A DNA stretch of 24,000 bases, from the NCBI GenBank assembly GCA_018817425.1, contig JAHITX010000120.1:2781-26780 (forward strand), given 5' to 3'. This document shows positions 8,758 to 16,818 of this stretch, one piece after another. The translations under genes were made by a program, and so were the position numbers. Under the pieces are notes generated by a model. That model saw only the letters and a program-made list of their open reading frames with translations. It did no database searches and was not told where the DNA came from. This DNA comes from Pseudomonadota bacterium (GTDB lineage: Bacteria; Desulfobacterota; Desulfobacteria; Desulfobacterales; RPRI01). Numbering within the stretch: position 1 is the stretch's first letter; each line of letters starts with the position of its first letter.

Positions 8758-8891
8758 GGATTCGAGGAGTCAAGGGTTCAAGTGTTGTTTCTCTCCCATA
8801 CTCTTCTGCAATATAGTTCTTTCCAACTCATTAATTCTTTGTAATTTATTTCATTTCGCTCGAATCCTTGAATCCTTGACCCCTCGAACCC
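8758..8891. repeat. Inverted-repeat element: 25-bp arms (22/25 complementary) around an 84-bp AT-rich core
   Basis: The left arm is GGATTCGAGGAGTCAAGGGTTCAAG (8758-8782). The right arm is CTTGAATCCTTGACCCCTCGAACCC (8867-8891). The arms are built from reiterated (G)GATTC/GGGTTC-AAG/GAG units. Confidence 0.5.
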
Positions 8892-8928
8892 TTATAGGCT
8901 CACCGATACTATTACGAGTGATCCTAAA

Positions 8929-9480
8929 TCATGGCCCGTAAATTACTACAAGAAGTTCAGCAATTTCTTTGCCGATATTTTTCAGCATATGCCTTATCCC
9001 GGAATTAAAATGGAGTGAATCACCTTCTGAAAGTTTGTTTATATGTTCTCCTACAGTCACCTCCACTTTTCCTTTAAGCACATACACAAATTCTTCACCT
9101 TCATGATGATAGCTTACACCTTTATGCTCCTGCAATGGCTCAATAGTTACCTTGAAAGCTTTTAAATGCTTTTTTTCCGCACCCGGTGTAAGAGTGTTAT
9201 AAGCGTAATTTTCCGTTCGTTTGGTGTAGTCTTTACTACGTTTTTTTAAAGCCGATTCCTGCTCTTTAAGGAAAAACCCCGAATCTATTTCAAGGGCTTT
9301 TGCAATCTGGAGAAGTGCTCCGACAGGAGGAAACACGCTACCTGCCTCAATATCTTTAAGATAATCTATTGAAAAACCAGTTTCATTTGCTATCCGGTCA
9401 AGAGCAACCTTTTTTTGGGTTCTGATTTTCTGGATTTTCTTTCCTACTCCAACTGTAGAATCGGCTTTTTTTGTACTCAT
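8929..9480 (-). CDS. XRE-family HTH plus cupin-domain transcriptional regulator
   Basis: 183 aa. The N-terminal HTH_3 region reads 'GKKIQKIRTQKKVALDRIANETGFSIDYLKDIEAG'. The C-terminal cupin_2 region reads 'HHEGEEFVYVLKGKVEVTVGE...GDSLHF'. Confidence 0.9.
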   Translation of the reverse strand: MSTKKADSTVGVGKKIQKIRTQKKVALDRIANETGFSIDYLKDIEAGSVFPPVGALLQIAKALEIDSGFFLKEQESALKKRSKDYTKRTENYAYNTLTPGAEKKHLKAFKVTIEPLQEHKGVSYHHEGEEFVYVLKGKVEVTVGEHINKLSEGDSLHFNSGIRHMLKNIGKEIAELLVVIYGP

Positions 9481-9511
9481 AGCATACCCTTTAATAACTA
9501 CTCAGGTTATT

Positions 9512-9606
9512 AGGTTCACAGTTAGTTGCCAAGCCTCAATATCTTAAAAACATTCGATATTCATCGCACTTTAACCTTGAACAGTGAACAAAGGAACTGT
9601 GAACCT
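9512..9606. promoter_or_regulatory. Three copies of a GTTCAC(A/T)GTT motif upstream of the XRE-cupin gene
   Basis: AGGTTCACAGTT (9512-9523) and AACTGTGAACCT (9595-9606) form a perfect 12-bp inverted repeat 71 bp apart. A third copy, GAACAGTGAAC, lies at 9579-9589. The nearest copy is about 32 nt upstream of the regulator start codon. Confidence 0.4.
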
Positions 9607-9621
9607 GAATACTTACAACTT

Positions 9622-10473
9622 TTATTTGTATTCGTAAAAACCCCGCCCCGTCTTTTTCCCAAGCCATCCTGCTTCTACATATTTTCGAAGCAGCGGACAT
9701 GGCCTGTATTTAGAGTCTTTGAATCCGTCATACATTGTTTCCATAATAGCAAGACAGGTATCAAGTCCAATAAGATCGGCAAGGGCAAGAGGGCCCATTG
9801 GATGATTCATCCCAAGTTTCATAACAGTATCGATATCTTCTTTTTTTCCAACTCCATGATAAAGGCAGAATATAGCTTCATTTATCATGGGCATAAGAAT
9901 CCTGTTCGCAATAAATCCAGGAAAATCTTCTGAAGCAGCCGGAGTTTTGCCGAACTTGATCGAAAGATCCCATGTTGTTTTATAAGTCTCATCGGATGTT
10001 GCGATTCCGCGTATAACTTCAACAAGCTTCATTACCGGCACGGGATTCATAAAATGCATCCCGATTACTTTGTCAGGTCTTTTTGTCTGGGATGCTATGC
10101 GTCCTATCGGAATTGAAGAAGTGTTTGTTGAAAGAATTATATTTGCAGGACATATCTTATCAAGGTCTTTAAATATCTGAAATTTTAAAATCTCATTTTC
10201 TGTGGCAGCTTCCACGACAAAATCTGCGTCTGCCATATCTTTAAGATCTGTACTTGTTTTAATGCGTTTTAAAACAGCATCTTTTTCTTCAGCAGTCATC
10301 TTTCCCTTGTCAACACTTCGGGAAAGGTTTTTTGTAATTGTAGCAAGCCCGCGCTGCACAAATTCATCTTTTATATCATTCATTATAACTTCAACACCGC
10401 TCATTGCAGCAACCTGAGCGATACCGTTTCCCATCTGACCTGCTCCGATAACACCAAATTTTTTAATTTCCAT
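9622..10473 (-). CDS. hbd: 3-hydroxybutyryl-CoA dehydrogenase
   Basis: 283 aa with a Rossmann N-terminus 'KKFGVIGAGQMGNGIAQV', then 'HFMNPVPVMKLVEVI' and 'GFIANRIL', and a 3HCDH C-terminal domain. AAGGAGA SD. Confidence 0.92.
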   Translation of the reverse strand: MEIKKFGVIGAGQMGNGIAQVAAMSGVEVIMNDIKDEFVQRGLATITKNLSRSVDKGKMTAEEKDAVLKRIKTSTDLKDMADADFVVEAATENEILKFQIFKDLDKICPANIILSTNTSSIPIGRIASQTKRPDKVIGMHFMNPVPVMKLVEVIRGIATSDETYKTTWDLSIKFGKTPAASEDFPGFIANRILMPMINEAIFCLYHGVGKKEDIDTVMKLGMNHPMGPLALADLIGLDTCLAIMETMYDGFKDSKYRPCPLLRKYVEAGWLGKKTGRGFYEYK

Positions 10474-10492
10474 TACTTTCTCCTTTATTCTT

Positions 10493-11665
10493 TTATCTTT
10501 TTACAACCAAAGCAACTGCTTCTCCACCGCCAAGGCACAGGGAAACAAGCCCGGTTTTCTTATCCTGTTTTATCATTTCATGTAAAAGAGTAACAAGCAC
10601 ACGGCATCCACTGGCTCCAATGGGATGTCCAAGAGCTACGCCTCCGCCGTTTACATTGACTTTTGAAGGGTCCAGGTCAAGCTCGCGAAGAACTGCAACC
10701 GTTGATCCGCTGAAAGCTTCGTTTATTTCATAAAGGTCTACATCTTCTTTTAAAATACCTTCTTTTGCAAGGCACTTCGGAATAGCCCATATGGGAGCAA
10801 CAAGCACATACTTCATGTCTATGCCATATGAAGCCTGGGCGCCTATCGTTGCCATAATTTTGCATCCGAGTTTTTCAGCTTTTTCTCTTGACATCACAAC
10901 AACAGCTGCAGCACCATCGCTAATTATTGAAGCATTTCCGGCAGTACCAAGCCCGTCTTTTTTAAAAGCGGCTTTCATCTTTGAAAGCATTTCATAGCTC
11001 GTCTCCTGGGGGCATTCATCCGTATCAAAAATCTTAACCCCTTTTCTTGTCTTAACTTCAACAGGAACAATTTCATCCTTAAAGCGGCCTGAAGAAATTG
11101 AATGCAATGCACGTCTGTAAGATTCGTCTGCATAACGATCCTGGTCTTCCCGGCTTATGTTGTACTTTTCGGAACATAGTTCATTAGACATTCCCATATG
11201 AAAATCATTTACTATATCCCACAGGCCGTCGTTAATCATGTGGTCTTTTAATTTTCCTTCCCCCATACGGTACCCAAAGCGAGCCTTATCAAGGTAGTAT
11301 GGAGCTAAACTCATGCTTTCCATACCTCCTGCAACAACAACTTCGGCATCTCCTGTTTGAATTGCCTGCGCTGCAAGCATTACTGTTTTTAAGGCTGAAC
11401 CGCAAACCTTGTTTATGGTAATGCTTTCCGTTTCCCATGGCATATTCGCAAGTACTGCAGCCTGTTTAGCAGGATTCTGGCCGTAACCACATGGCAGTAC
11501 TAATCCCATCATAACTTCATTAACATCTTTTTTGTCTATGCCAGCTCTCTTAACAGCTTCCTCAATTGCAATAGCTCCGAGCGTTGTGGCTCCTACACTT
11601 CCTAAAGACCCATTAAAACTGCCAAGAGGTGTCCTGACAGCGCTAACAATAACAGCTTCTTTCAT
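10493..11665 (-). CDS. Acetyl-CoA C-acetyltransferase (thiolase II)
   Basis: Contains 'INKVCGSALK' (active-site Cys), 'NEAFSG', 'GGGVALGHPIGASGCR' and 'CLGGGEAVA'. I prefer the ATG at 11665, which has an AAGGAG SD 5 nt upstream. The track start at 11704 would overlap the preceding gene. Confidence 0.93.
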   Translation of the reverse strand: MKEAVIVSAVRTPLGSFNGSLGSVGATTLGAIAIEEAVKRAGIDKKDVNEVMMGLVLPCGYGQNPAKQAAVLANMPWETESITINKVCGSALKTVMLAAQAIQTGDAEVVVAGGMESMSLAPYYLDKARFGYRMGEGKLKDHMINDGLWDIVNDFHMGMSNELCSEKYNISREDQDRYADESYRRALHSISSGRFKDEIVPVEVKTRKGVKIFDTDECPQETSYEMLSKMKAAFKKDGLGTAGNASIISDGAAAVVVMSREKAEKLGCKIMATIGAQASYGIDMKYVLVAPIWAIPKCLAKEGILKEDVDLYEINEAFSGSTVAVLRELDLDPSKVNVNGGGVALGHPIGASGCRVLVTLLHEMIKQDKKTGLVSLCLGGGEAVALVVKR

Positions 11666-11675
11666 ATCATCTCCT

Positions 11676-12206
11676 TCATATTTTTTTCTTTTCAAATATA
11701 ACAAATAAAGCTATTGCCACAACCCAAAATATTGGGACAATTATCCACTGTGATATCCCTATTGTTTCAGGAAGCCCTATCTTTCCGAAATCTTTCCAGG
11801 AAAGAATAGTTGATTTAAAAAACGGATATAGTTCTGCATATATCGCAGCCCCGGCAAGCATTCCGATTACGGCAAAAACAGCATGCCAACGCCCTTCTCC
11901 TATAGCTCCGATCGAAGTCCCAGGACAAAAACCCATTATTGCCCATCCTGTTCCAAATAGTGCGCCTCCTAGTACTACAGCACCGACATTCATAGGCTTG
12001 CGGCTTAATGCTATAATACCGGCATCCGAAAGAAGAAGTATGCCTACCATTCCAACCAATATAGCAGACAACATGAATTTAAATATTGTCATATCCTTTA
12101 ACAACATGGCACCTACCTGTTTATCAAAACGAAGGACACGACCTTTTTGCAGTAAAAATCCGAATATTACTCCGGTAATAAGCCCCAACCACTGTTCTGT
12201 GCTCAT
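11676..12206 (-). CDS. YeeE/YedE-family (sulfur-transport domain) membrane protein, second half of a split pair
   Basis: 176-aa polytopic protein with 'GLITGVIFGFLLQKG' and a conserved-Cys loop 'MGFCPGTS'. It overlaps the upstream gene by 1 nt (TAATG). Confidence 0.8.
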   Translation of the reverse strand: MSTEQWLGLITGVIFGFLLQKGRVLRFDKQVGAMLLKDMTIFKFMLSAILVGMVGILLLSDAGIIALSRKPMNVGAVVLGGALFGTGWAIMGFCPGTSIGAIGEGRWHAVFAVIGMLAGAAIYAELYPFFKSTILSWKDFGKIGLPETIGISQWIIVPIFWVVAIALFVIFEKKKI

Positions 12207-12745
12207 TATGCCCTCCTTTTGTAAAACATACCGGCCACTAAAACCCCAATGCCAAAAAACATAGCCAAAGCCACAAGAGAACTTGCCGACAACTGCATCA
12301 TACCGCTAAGACCATGTCCGCTTGGGCATCCGCTTGCCATTCGTGCGCCAACCATGGCAACAATACCACCCAAAATGGCTCCTATAGCACGTTTGCCTAT
12401 CGATGGCCCGAAACGCTCTTTCCATCTTGGAGGAACGCTTTCCATTTTAAAACTTTTATCCATTAAAGAAGAGATCAGAGCACCCAGGAAAATACCGATA
12501 ACAAGCATAAACTGCCAGTCAACCTTGACTTTTGTTTTTATAAAATACTTGTTTAAAGTAACATGATCTAAAGCAATTGCCTTTTCAACAATACCGGCAG
12601 CTCTCACAAATGTAGTTGACGCCCCTAAGTAATGGGTCTTTCCAAGTAATTTTGTTGTTGCAATTACCGAAACTATTGCCAATATGCCCAAAAGAGCCCC
12701 GGCCAGATACGGGCTCCATCCGCCATCATTCGTTTTAAGCTTCAT
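12206..12745 (-). CDS. YeeE/YedE-family (sulfur-transport domain) membrane protein, first half of a split pair
   Basis: 179 aa with 'WSPYLAGALLGIL' and a Cys loop 'ASGCPSGHGLSG'. AAGGAGG SD. Confidence 0.8.
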   Translation of the reverse strand: MKLKTNDGGWSPYLAGALLGILAIVSVIATTKLLGKTHYLGASTTFVRAAGIVEKAIALDHVTLNKYFIKTKVKVDWQFMLVIGIFLGALISSLMDKSFKMESVPPRWKERFGPSIGKRAIGAILGGIVAMVGARMASGCPSGHGLSGMMQLSASSLVALAMFFGIGVLVAGMFYKRRA

Positions 12746-12760
12746 AAGAACCTCCTTTCT

Positions 12761-13432
12761 TTAATTACAACAACTACAAGTGTTTCCTTTAGACTTTTCT
12801 ATCGCTTCCTTACCTTCCTTATACGAATAATATGCCAACCCTATTGCTCCGATTGAATCAACATAACCTATTTTAAAAATCTCAAATAAAAGACTTGATA
12901 TAAGCAATATTACAGAAAGATACAAACATGTTTTTGTACAATTGGCATCAGCAATAATTGCATCAGAATTAAGTTTCCTGCCAACATCCATTTTTGCCTT
13001 CATCAAAAACAACATTGATAAAATGGATACCGCCGAAATTATAATCCCCCATAAAGTTGATACAGGCTTGCTTCCAACATAAATATTATAAATTGATGTT
13101 ATGGCAAGTCCGATAGCCAATATATAAAATGAGGTGCCGGTTATAATTAACGCATTTTTCTCAAATGAATCTTTTGTGCTGCCATTATTTTTAATCCGGA
13201 TAATCATATGCAGGATACCAATTCCTGATACTACCTCCACAAATGAATCAAGCCCGAATCCGAATAAAGATATTGTTTCATCTGTAAAGCCGAATATTAC
13301 AGATACCAATCCTTCTATGATATTGTAGCAGATTGTAATTACTGCCAGCAATAATGCGCGATTTAATAATTTATTGCTGCCAGCGGTATTTACGCCAGCA
13401 GAAGAGAGTGCAAATGGTTTCAATTCTTTCAT
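12761..13432 (-). CDS. CDF-like (cation-efflux TM domain only) membrane protein with a Cys-rich C-terminal tail
   Basis: 223 aa with about 6 predicted TM segments. It has TM2-like 'FGFGLDSFVEVVSG' and TM5-like 'AIIADANCTKTC', no cytoplasmic CDF domain, and ends in 'GNTCSCCN'. Its ATG overlaps the upstream stop (ATGA). Confidence 0.6.
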   Translation of the reverse strand: MKELKPFALSSAGVNTAGSNKLLNRALLLAVITICYNIIEGLVSVIFGFTDETISLFGFGLDSFVEVVSGIGILHMIIRIKNNGSTKDSFEKNALIITGTSFYILAIGLAITSIYNIYVGSKPVSTLWGIIISAVSILSMLFLMKAKMDVGRKLNSDAIIADANCTKTCLYLSVILLISSLLFEIFKIGYVDSIGAIGLAYYSYKEGKEAIEKSKGNTCSCCN

Positions 13433-13773
13433 ATCCCTTTAGCAAGCGCTTCAAAGCTTGCTTTTGCATCCGCAGAAAGCTTATGAAATTCAGAAAGGTG
13501 CCCACAAGGCTGCTCTTCGCATACGGCACAATTTTCCATCCCTTTTTCACGGCAGCATTTTCTTATTTCACACATGCTGCAATGCGCTATAAGCCTTCCG
13601 CCTTCGGAAAGGCATCCGTCACAGTTCATATCCTCAGGCTTAAATTCAAATCCATACTTTTTAAAGAAAAATTCAGCCGTCTCTGCCCTGGCATTATCAT
13701 CATCATTTATAGTAGCTAAAAAAACAGGGCAATTTGAACAAACAAGGCCACAGCAGCCAATAATTTGTGTCAT
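13429..13773 (-). CDS. DUF3795-type cysteine-rich protein
   Basis: 114 aa with 13 Cys arranged 'GCCGLVCSNCPVFLAT', 'CDGC', 'CSMCEIRKCC' and 'CAVCEEQPC'. The N-terminus is typical of DUF3795. AAAGGAG SD. Confidence 0.75.
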   Translation of the reverse strand: MTQIIGCCGLVCSNCPVFLATINDDDNARAETAEFFFKKYGFEFKPEDMNCDGCLSEGGRLIAHCSMCEIRKCCREKGMENCAVCEEQPCGHLSEFHKLSADAKASFEALAKGI

Positions 13774-13810
13774 TATTAATTTGCTCCTTTTTCGGATGTT
13801 CTGCTTTTAA

Positions 13811-13839
13811 TTAATATAATTAATAAGCTTTTGTGTAAA
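13811..13839 (-). promoter_or_regulatory. Possible sigma70 promoter TTTACA - 17 nt - TATTAA for the DUF3795 operon
   Basis: On the minus strand the -35 is at 13839-13834 and the -10 at 13816-13811, about 40 nt upstream of the DUF3795 ATG. The background is AT-rich, so specificity is low. Confidence 0.3.
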
Positions 13840-14117
13840 CCCAATTTTGATCTTAGAGAATTTTTTATATTTTGTAAAGAAATGCGTTTGTTATGCCATG
13901 AAATAATGCATAGCGACCAAGAGGTTTAAAGTTTATAACAAATATATTTAGTTTGGTAATGATTAGATTTACAGAATTGAATAACAATGGATAGTTGATG
14001 ATGGTTTTGGCAGGAACCGCGGGTTAATTCCACACTGGCGGCAGAGGTAAGATTAAAAAAATATTCATAATTCAAAATTCCTTGTTCGATATTCGATATT
14101 TGCTTTTATAGATAAAC

Positions 14118-14157
14118 TTTCACTCTTATCCAAAAACGGTTTTGGACAAGAGTGAAA
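14118..14157 (-). terminator. Long hairpin immediately after the DAGK-like gene stop
   Basis: 18-position stem with 17 pairs and 1 mismatch (TTTCACTCTTATCCAAAA / TTTTGGACAAGAGTGAAA) and a 4-nt loop. It starts 4 nt after the TAA and is followed on the minus strand by GTTTATCT. Confidence 0.5.
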
Positions 14158-14161
14158 TCCA

Positions 14162-15037
14162 TTATTCAGGGTTTGGTACCAAGAAGTTTATCTTTTGATT
14201 ATAAATTGAAATATCTAAAGGTAACTCATCAGAAATTTCACCATCAGATTGGGAATAAATGGCGGGGCCTGAAACCAATAAATTATCCGAGCAAAAATAT
14301 ATACAATCTTTGTTGCGATGGTTAATGTTTAAAATGACAAAAAGTAAAAATTTAATCAGATAATAAAATCCTCCTTTTTTTAATAAACATATATCAAACA
14401 ACCCTTTATCCATCTTCGCATCAGGTGTAATTTTTAAAAATCCGGCATAATAAATACTTTGACTTACAAGAATGAAGGTTCCCTGGTATTCTTGATTATT
14501 AGCTCTTATTTTAATTAAAGGATATTTATATAGGAAGATAGCTTTTATAAACATAAGAAAATATGAACCACGGCCAAACAGCTTTTTCAAGTTATGATTT
14601 ACACATTTCACAACGTAACTATCTATGCCCACACTTTGCATTAATATAAATTTCTTACCATTACTCTTTCCGATATATAATTGTTTCTTTTCACCATTAA
14701 ATATTTCATGTAATGCTTTATTTATGTTTTTAGATATTTTATACTCTTTTGCAAATATATTTACTGTACCAAAAGGAAGTACTATTAATACTTTACTATA
14801 TGAAGAAAGACCATTAATAACTTCATTAATTGTGCCATCTCCCCCACATATTACATAATAATTATAATCGCTAGAAGAATACTCTTTTGCTATCCTTAAA
14901 GCATCATTTGACCCTTTTGTATATTCGACTTTGAAAACATAATTGCGTGAAGAAAAATAGTCAAATATAACACTTTCATATTTTCTTACTCGCCCACCAC
15001 CAGAGAATCGATTTATTATAATTAGATATTTATGCAT
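14162..15037 (-). CDS. Diacylglycerol-kinase catalytic-domain lipid kinase (YegS/BmrU-like)
   Basis: 291 aa with 'IIINRFSGGG', 'VICGGDGTINEV' and 'LPFGTVNIFA'. The gene is visibly more AT-rich than all its neighbours and has no clear SD. Confidence 0.8.
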   Translation of the reverse strand: MHKYLIIINRFSGGGRVRKYESVIFDYFSSRNYVFKVEYTKGSNDALRIAKEYSSSDYNYYVICGGDGTINEVINGLSSYSKVLIVLPFGTVNIFAKEYKISKNINKALHEIFNGEKKQLYIGKSNGKKFILMQSVGIDSYVVKCVNHNLKKLFGRGSYFLMFIKAIFLYKYPLIKIRANNQEYQGTFILVSQSIYYAGFLKITPDAKMDKGLFDICLLKKGGFYYLIKFLLFVILNINHRNKDCIYFCSDNLLVSGPAIYSQSDGEISDELPLDISIYNQKINFLVPNPE

Positions 15038-15138
15038 GGTAAAAACTATAATTGCCTGCCTGTTTATTTCTTTTTATCACGACGAAACAACCTGAAGAAA
15101 TAAATTAAGGGTAATGGGGTCAGGTCTACATTTGACCT

Positions 15139-15744
15139 TTAATTACTTTTTCTTTTAAAGTTTGAATCTCTTTTCCTAATTTCCGGCTCATACATAAATG
15201 CGATAAAAGCCTTCAACCGCCCCTGCTTTTTAGACGTAATCATTTCAAATATATAATCTTTATACAGCCAATCCCATTTCTTGGCAAATGAAAGATAGCC
15301 CTTGTAACTACTCCAGGGATATTCCTCAGGATGTTTTACTATCGCGGCTTTAACAGGGTTTTTATGTATATACCTTACCAACTGAAGCAGATGGCTGTCA
15401 TTGGAAACCAAAACAGACTTATATCGTCCCCGAAAAAGCGTTCCGTCATATCCATGATGTTTGTTGTATCTTAGTGTGTAGAGGCTGCTTAGGTGTCTCA
15501 TGCATCTTGAGATATTACCTTCAGGAGTCTAAGAATATGGTAGTGATTGGCCATCATACAATAGGCAGCGATATTGACCTTCCATAGTTCTGTTGCTTCA
15601 ATTAAAAGATCGAGAAAAAGACCGTAATCCTGCTTATCTGAAAAAAAGTTATTATTTCATTGCAGATATTAACTATAAACTAAAGGGCCAATATCCACCC
15701 CCAAGCGGCCCAGCCCCTGCGATCAGGTGCAACCGCCTTGTCAT
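15139..15744 (-). pseudogene. HUH/Y1 (IS200-like domain, RAYT-type) transposase, frameshifted
   Basis: ORF 15139-15501 carries 'RYNKHHGYDGTLFRGRYKSVLV...YIHKNPVKA...YPWSSY'. Directly upstream, in another frame, I read 'FFSDKQDYGLFLDLLIEATELWKVNIAAYCMMANHYHILL' (HUH motif). A possible N-terminus 'MTRRLHL...GGGYW' lies in a third frame from the ATG at 15744. There are at least 3 frame breaks. Confidence 0.7.
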
Positions 15745-15783
15745 AAGCTCGCACACCTTTTAAAAAATGTATCAACTTGCCGT

Positions 15784-16085
15784 TTATACGCAATTTTTTC
15801 CAGCTTCTTTAGCAGCATATACGCCTTTATCTGCCTCCTTAATTAACTCTTCATAGCTTTTCATGTCAGGCAATCGAGAAGAAACGCCAACACTAATGCT
15901 GCCATGCCAAGGTTCACCACCAGTTGATACTCGAAGTTCCGATACGGTTTTACGGGTCATTTCTGCGATATGCTTTCCACCCTCTATATCCGTATTAGGA
16001 CAGATAATAAGAAACTCATCACCACCAAGGCGACTCACAACATCATCATTTCGCAAGGAATGCTGAAGTGTTTTAGCCAATTGTG
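15784..16085 (-). pseudogene. Diguanylate cyclase (GGDEF) C-terminal fragment
   Basis: Contains 'LRNDDVVSRLGGDEFLIICPNTD' and 'SISVGVS'. Only about the last 100 aa of a GGDEF domain are present. The reading frame is closed by TAA a few codons upstream, and no sensor or N-terminal half is present. Confidence 0.75.
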
Positions 16086-16199
16086 AATCGCAATAGCAAG
16101 TGGCAGACAGTTAGAGAGCGAATATAAAATCAATCAAAAACCTTACGGTCGAAGATTCCCACTTCTTATAGAGGGAATCTTTAATCCAGTTAATATTTT

Positions 16200-16818
16200 A
16201 GTATATTAACAAAAGTATTAGCCGAAGGCAAGGGCCTCTTCGTGAGAAGTTTGTAATGGTCAAGTAAAAACTGACACCATATTTAAAGATGCTTTTTGAC
16301 ATTGTTCTTTTTTCTTAAGTAAATGGGCTTTTATAACCCAGGAGGAGAGTCGGAGGAAATTCAGGAACATTCTATACTCCTTATGTCAAGCAAAAATGTG
16401 TAAAATATAAATTACCACATACGACTTTCATCTCTGCCATTACTTCTAAAATTTCTTTTCTCACATTGCGTATTCTATCAACTATCATTTGTGCTTCGAA
16501 TACTGCCGCTGAATTTACCGGCAAGCCAACCGAGTTTTCGGCGGCGTCATATATTTTTCTTAACCGTTGAATCTGCCGATCCCCGCGATCTGTCGTTGTG
16601 ACATTTTGCCTGGCCTATTAAATCAGCTATGTTGGCGCTGTCTTTAGAATCGTTTTATCCCAGCGGCCATCTAAAAGCTGCCTGTTATCCTTTACAGCTT
16701 TTCCTCCAACAAGTACTACCTCATAACCATTTTCAATCAGCCAGTTAGCTAAAGGATTATGGTAATTACCTGTTGGCTCCATTCCAAATACTACGTTATT
16801 CAGTTGATGCTGATGCAT
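16200..16818 (-). pseudogene. IS110-family (DEDD) transposase relic, 5'-truncated, frameshifted and internally deleted
   Basis: ORF 16627-16818 carries 'FGMEPTGNYHNPLANWLIENGYEVVLVGGKAVK'. After frame changes I read 'NDSKDSANIADLIGQ', then 'QIQRLRKIYDAAENSVGLPV...IRNVRKEILEV', and further down 'FSRRGPCLRL' (compare ISKRGN.YLR). The first 50 or so codons are missing. Confidence 0.65.

Noticed and set aside
11666-11704. Longer start for the thiolase gene (ATG at 11704)
   Set aside because: It would overlap the YeeE/YedE gene by 29 nt. The ATG at 11665 has an AAGGAG SD at ideal spacing and gives the canonical 'MKEAVIVSAVRTP' N-terminus.
13981-14045. GC-richer island (GGCAGGAACCGCGGGTTAATTCCACACTGGCGGCAGAGG) resembling a tRNA T-arm
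   Set aside because: I could not build an acceptor, D or anticodon stem around it, so there is no cloverleaf. It is probably a chance match in a non-coding spacer.
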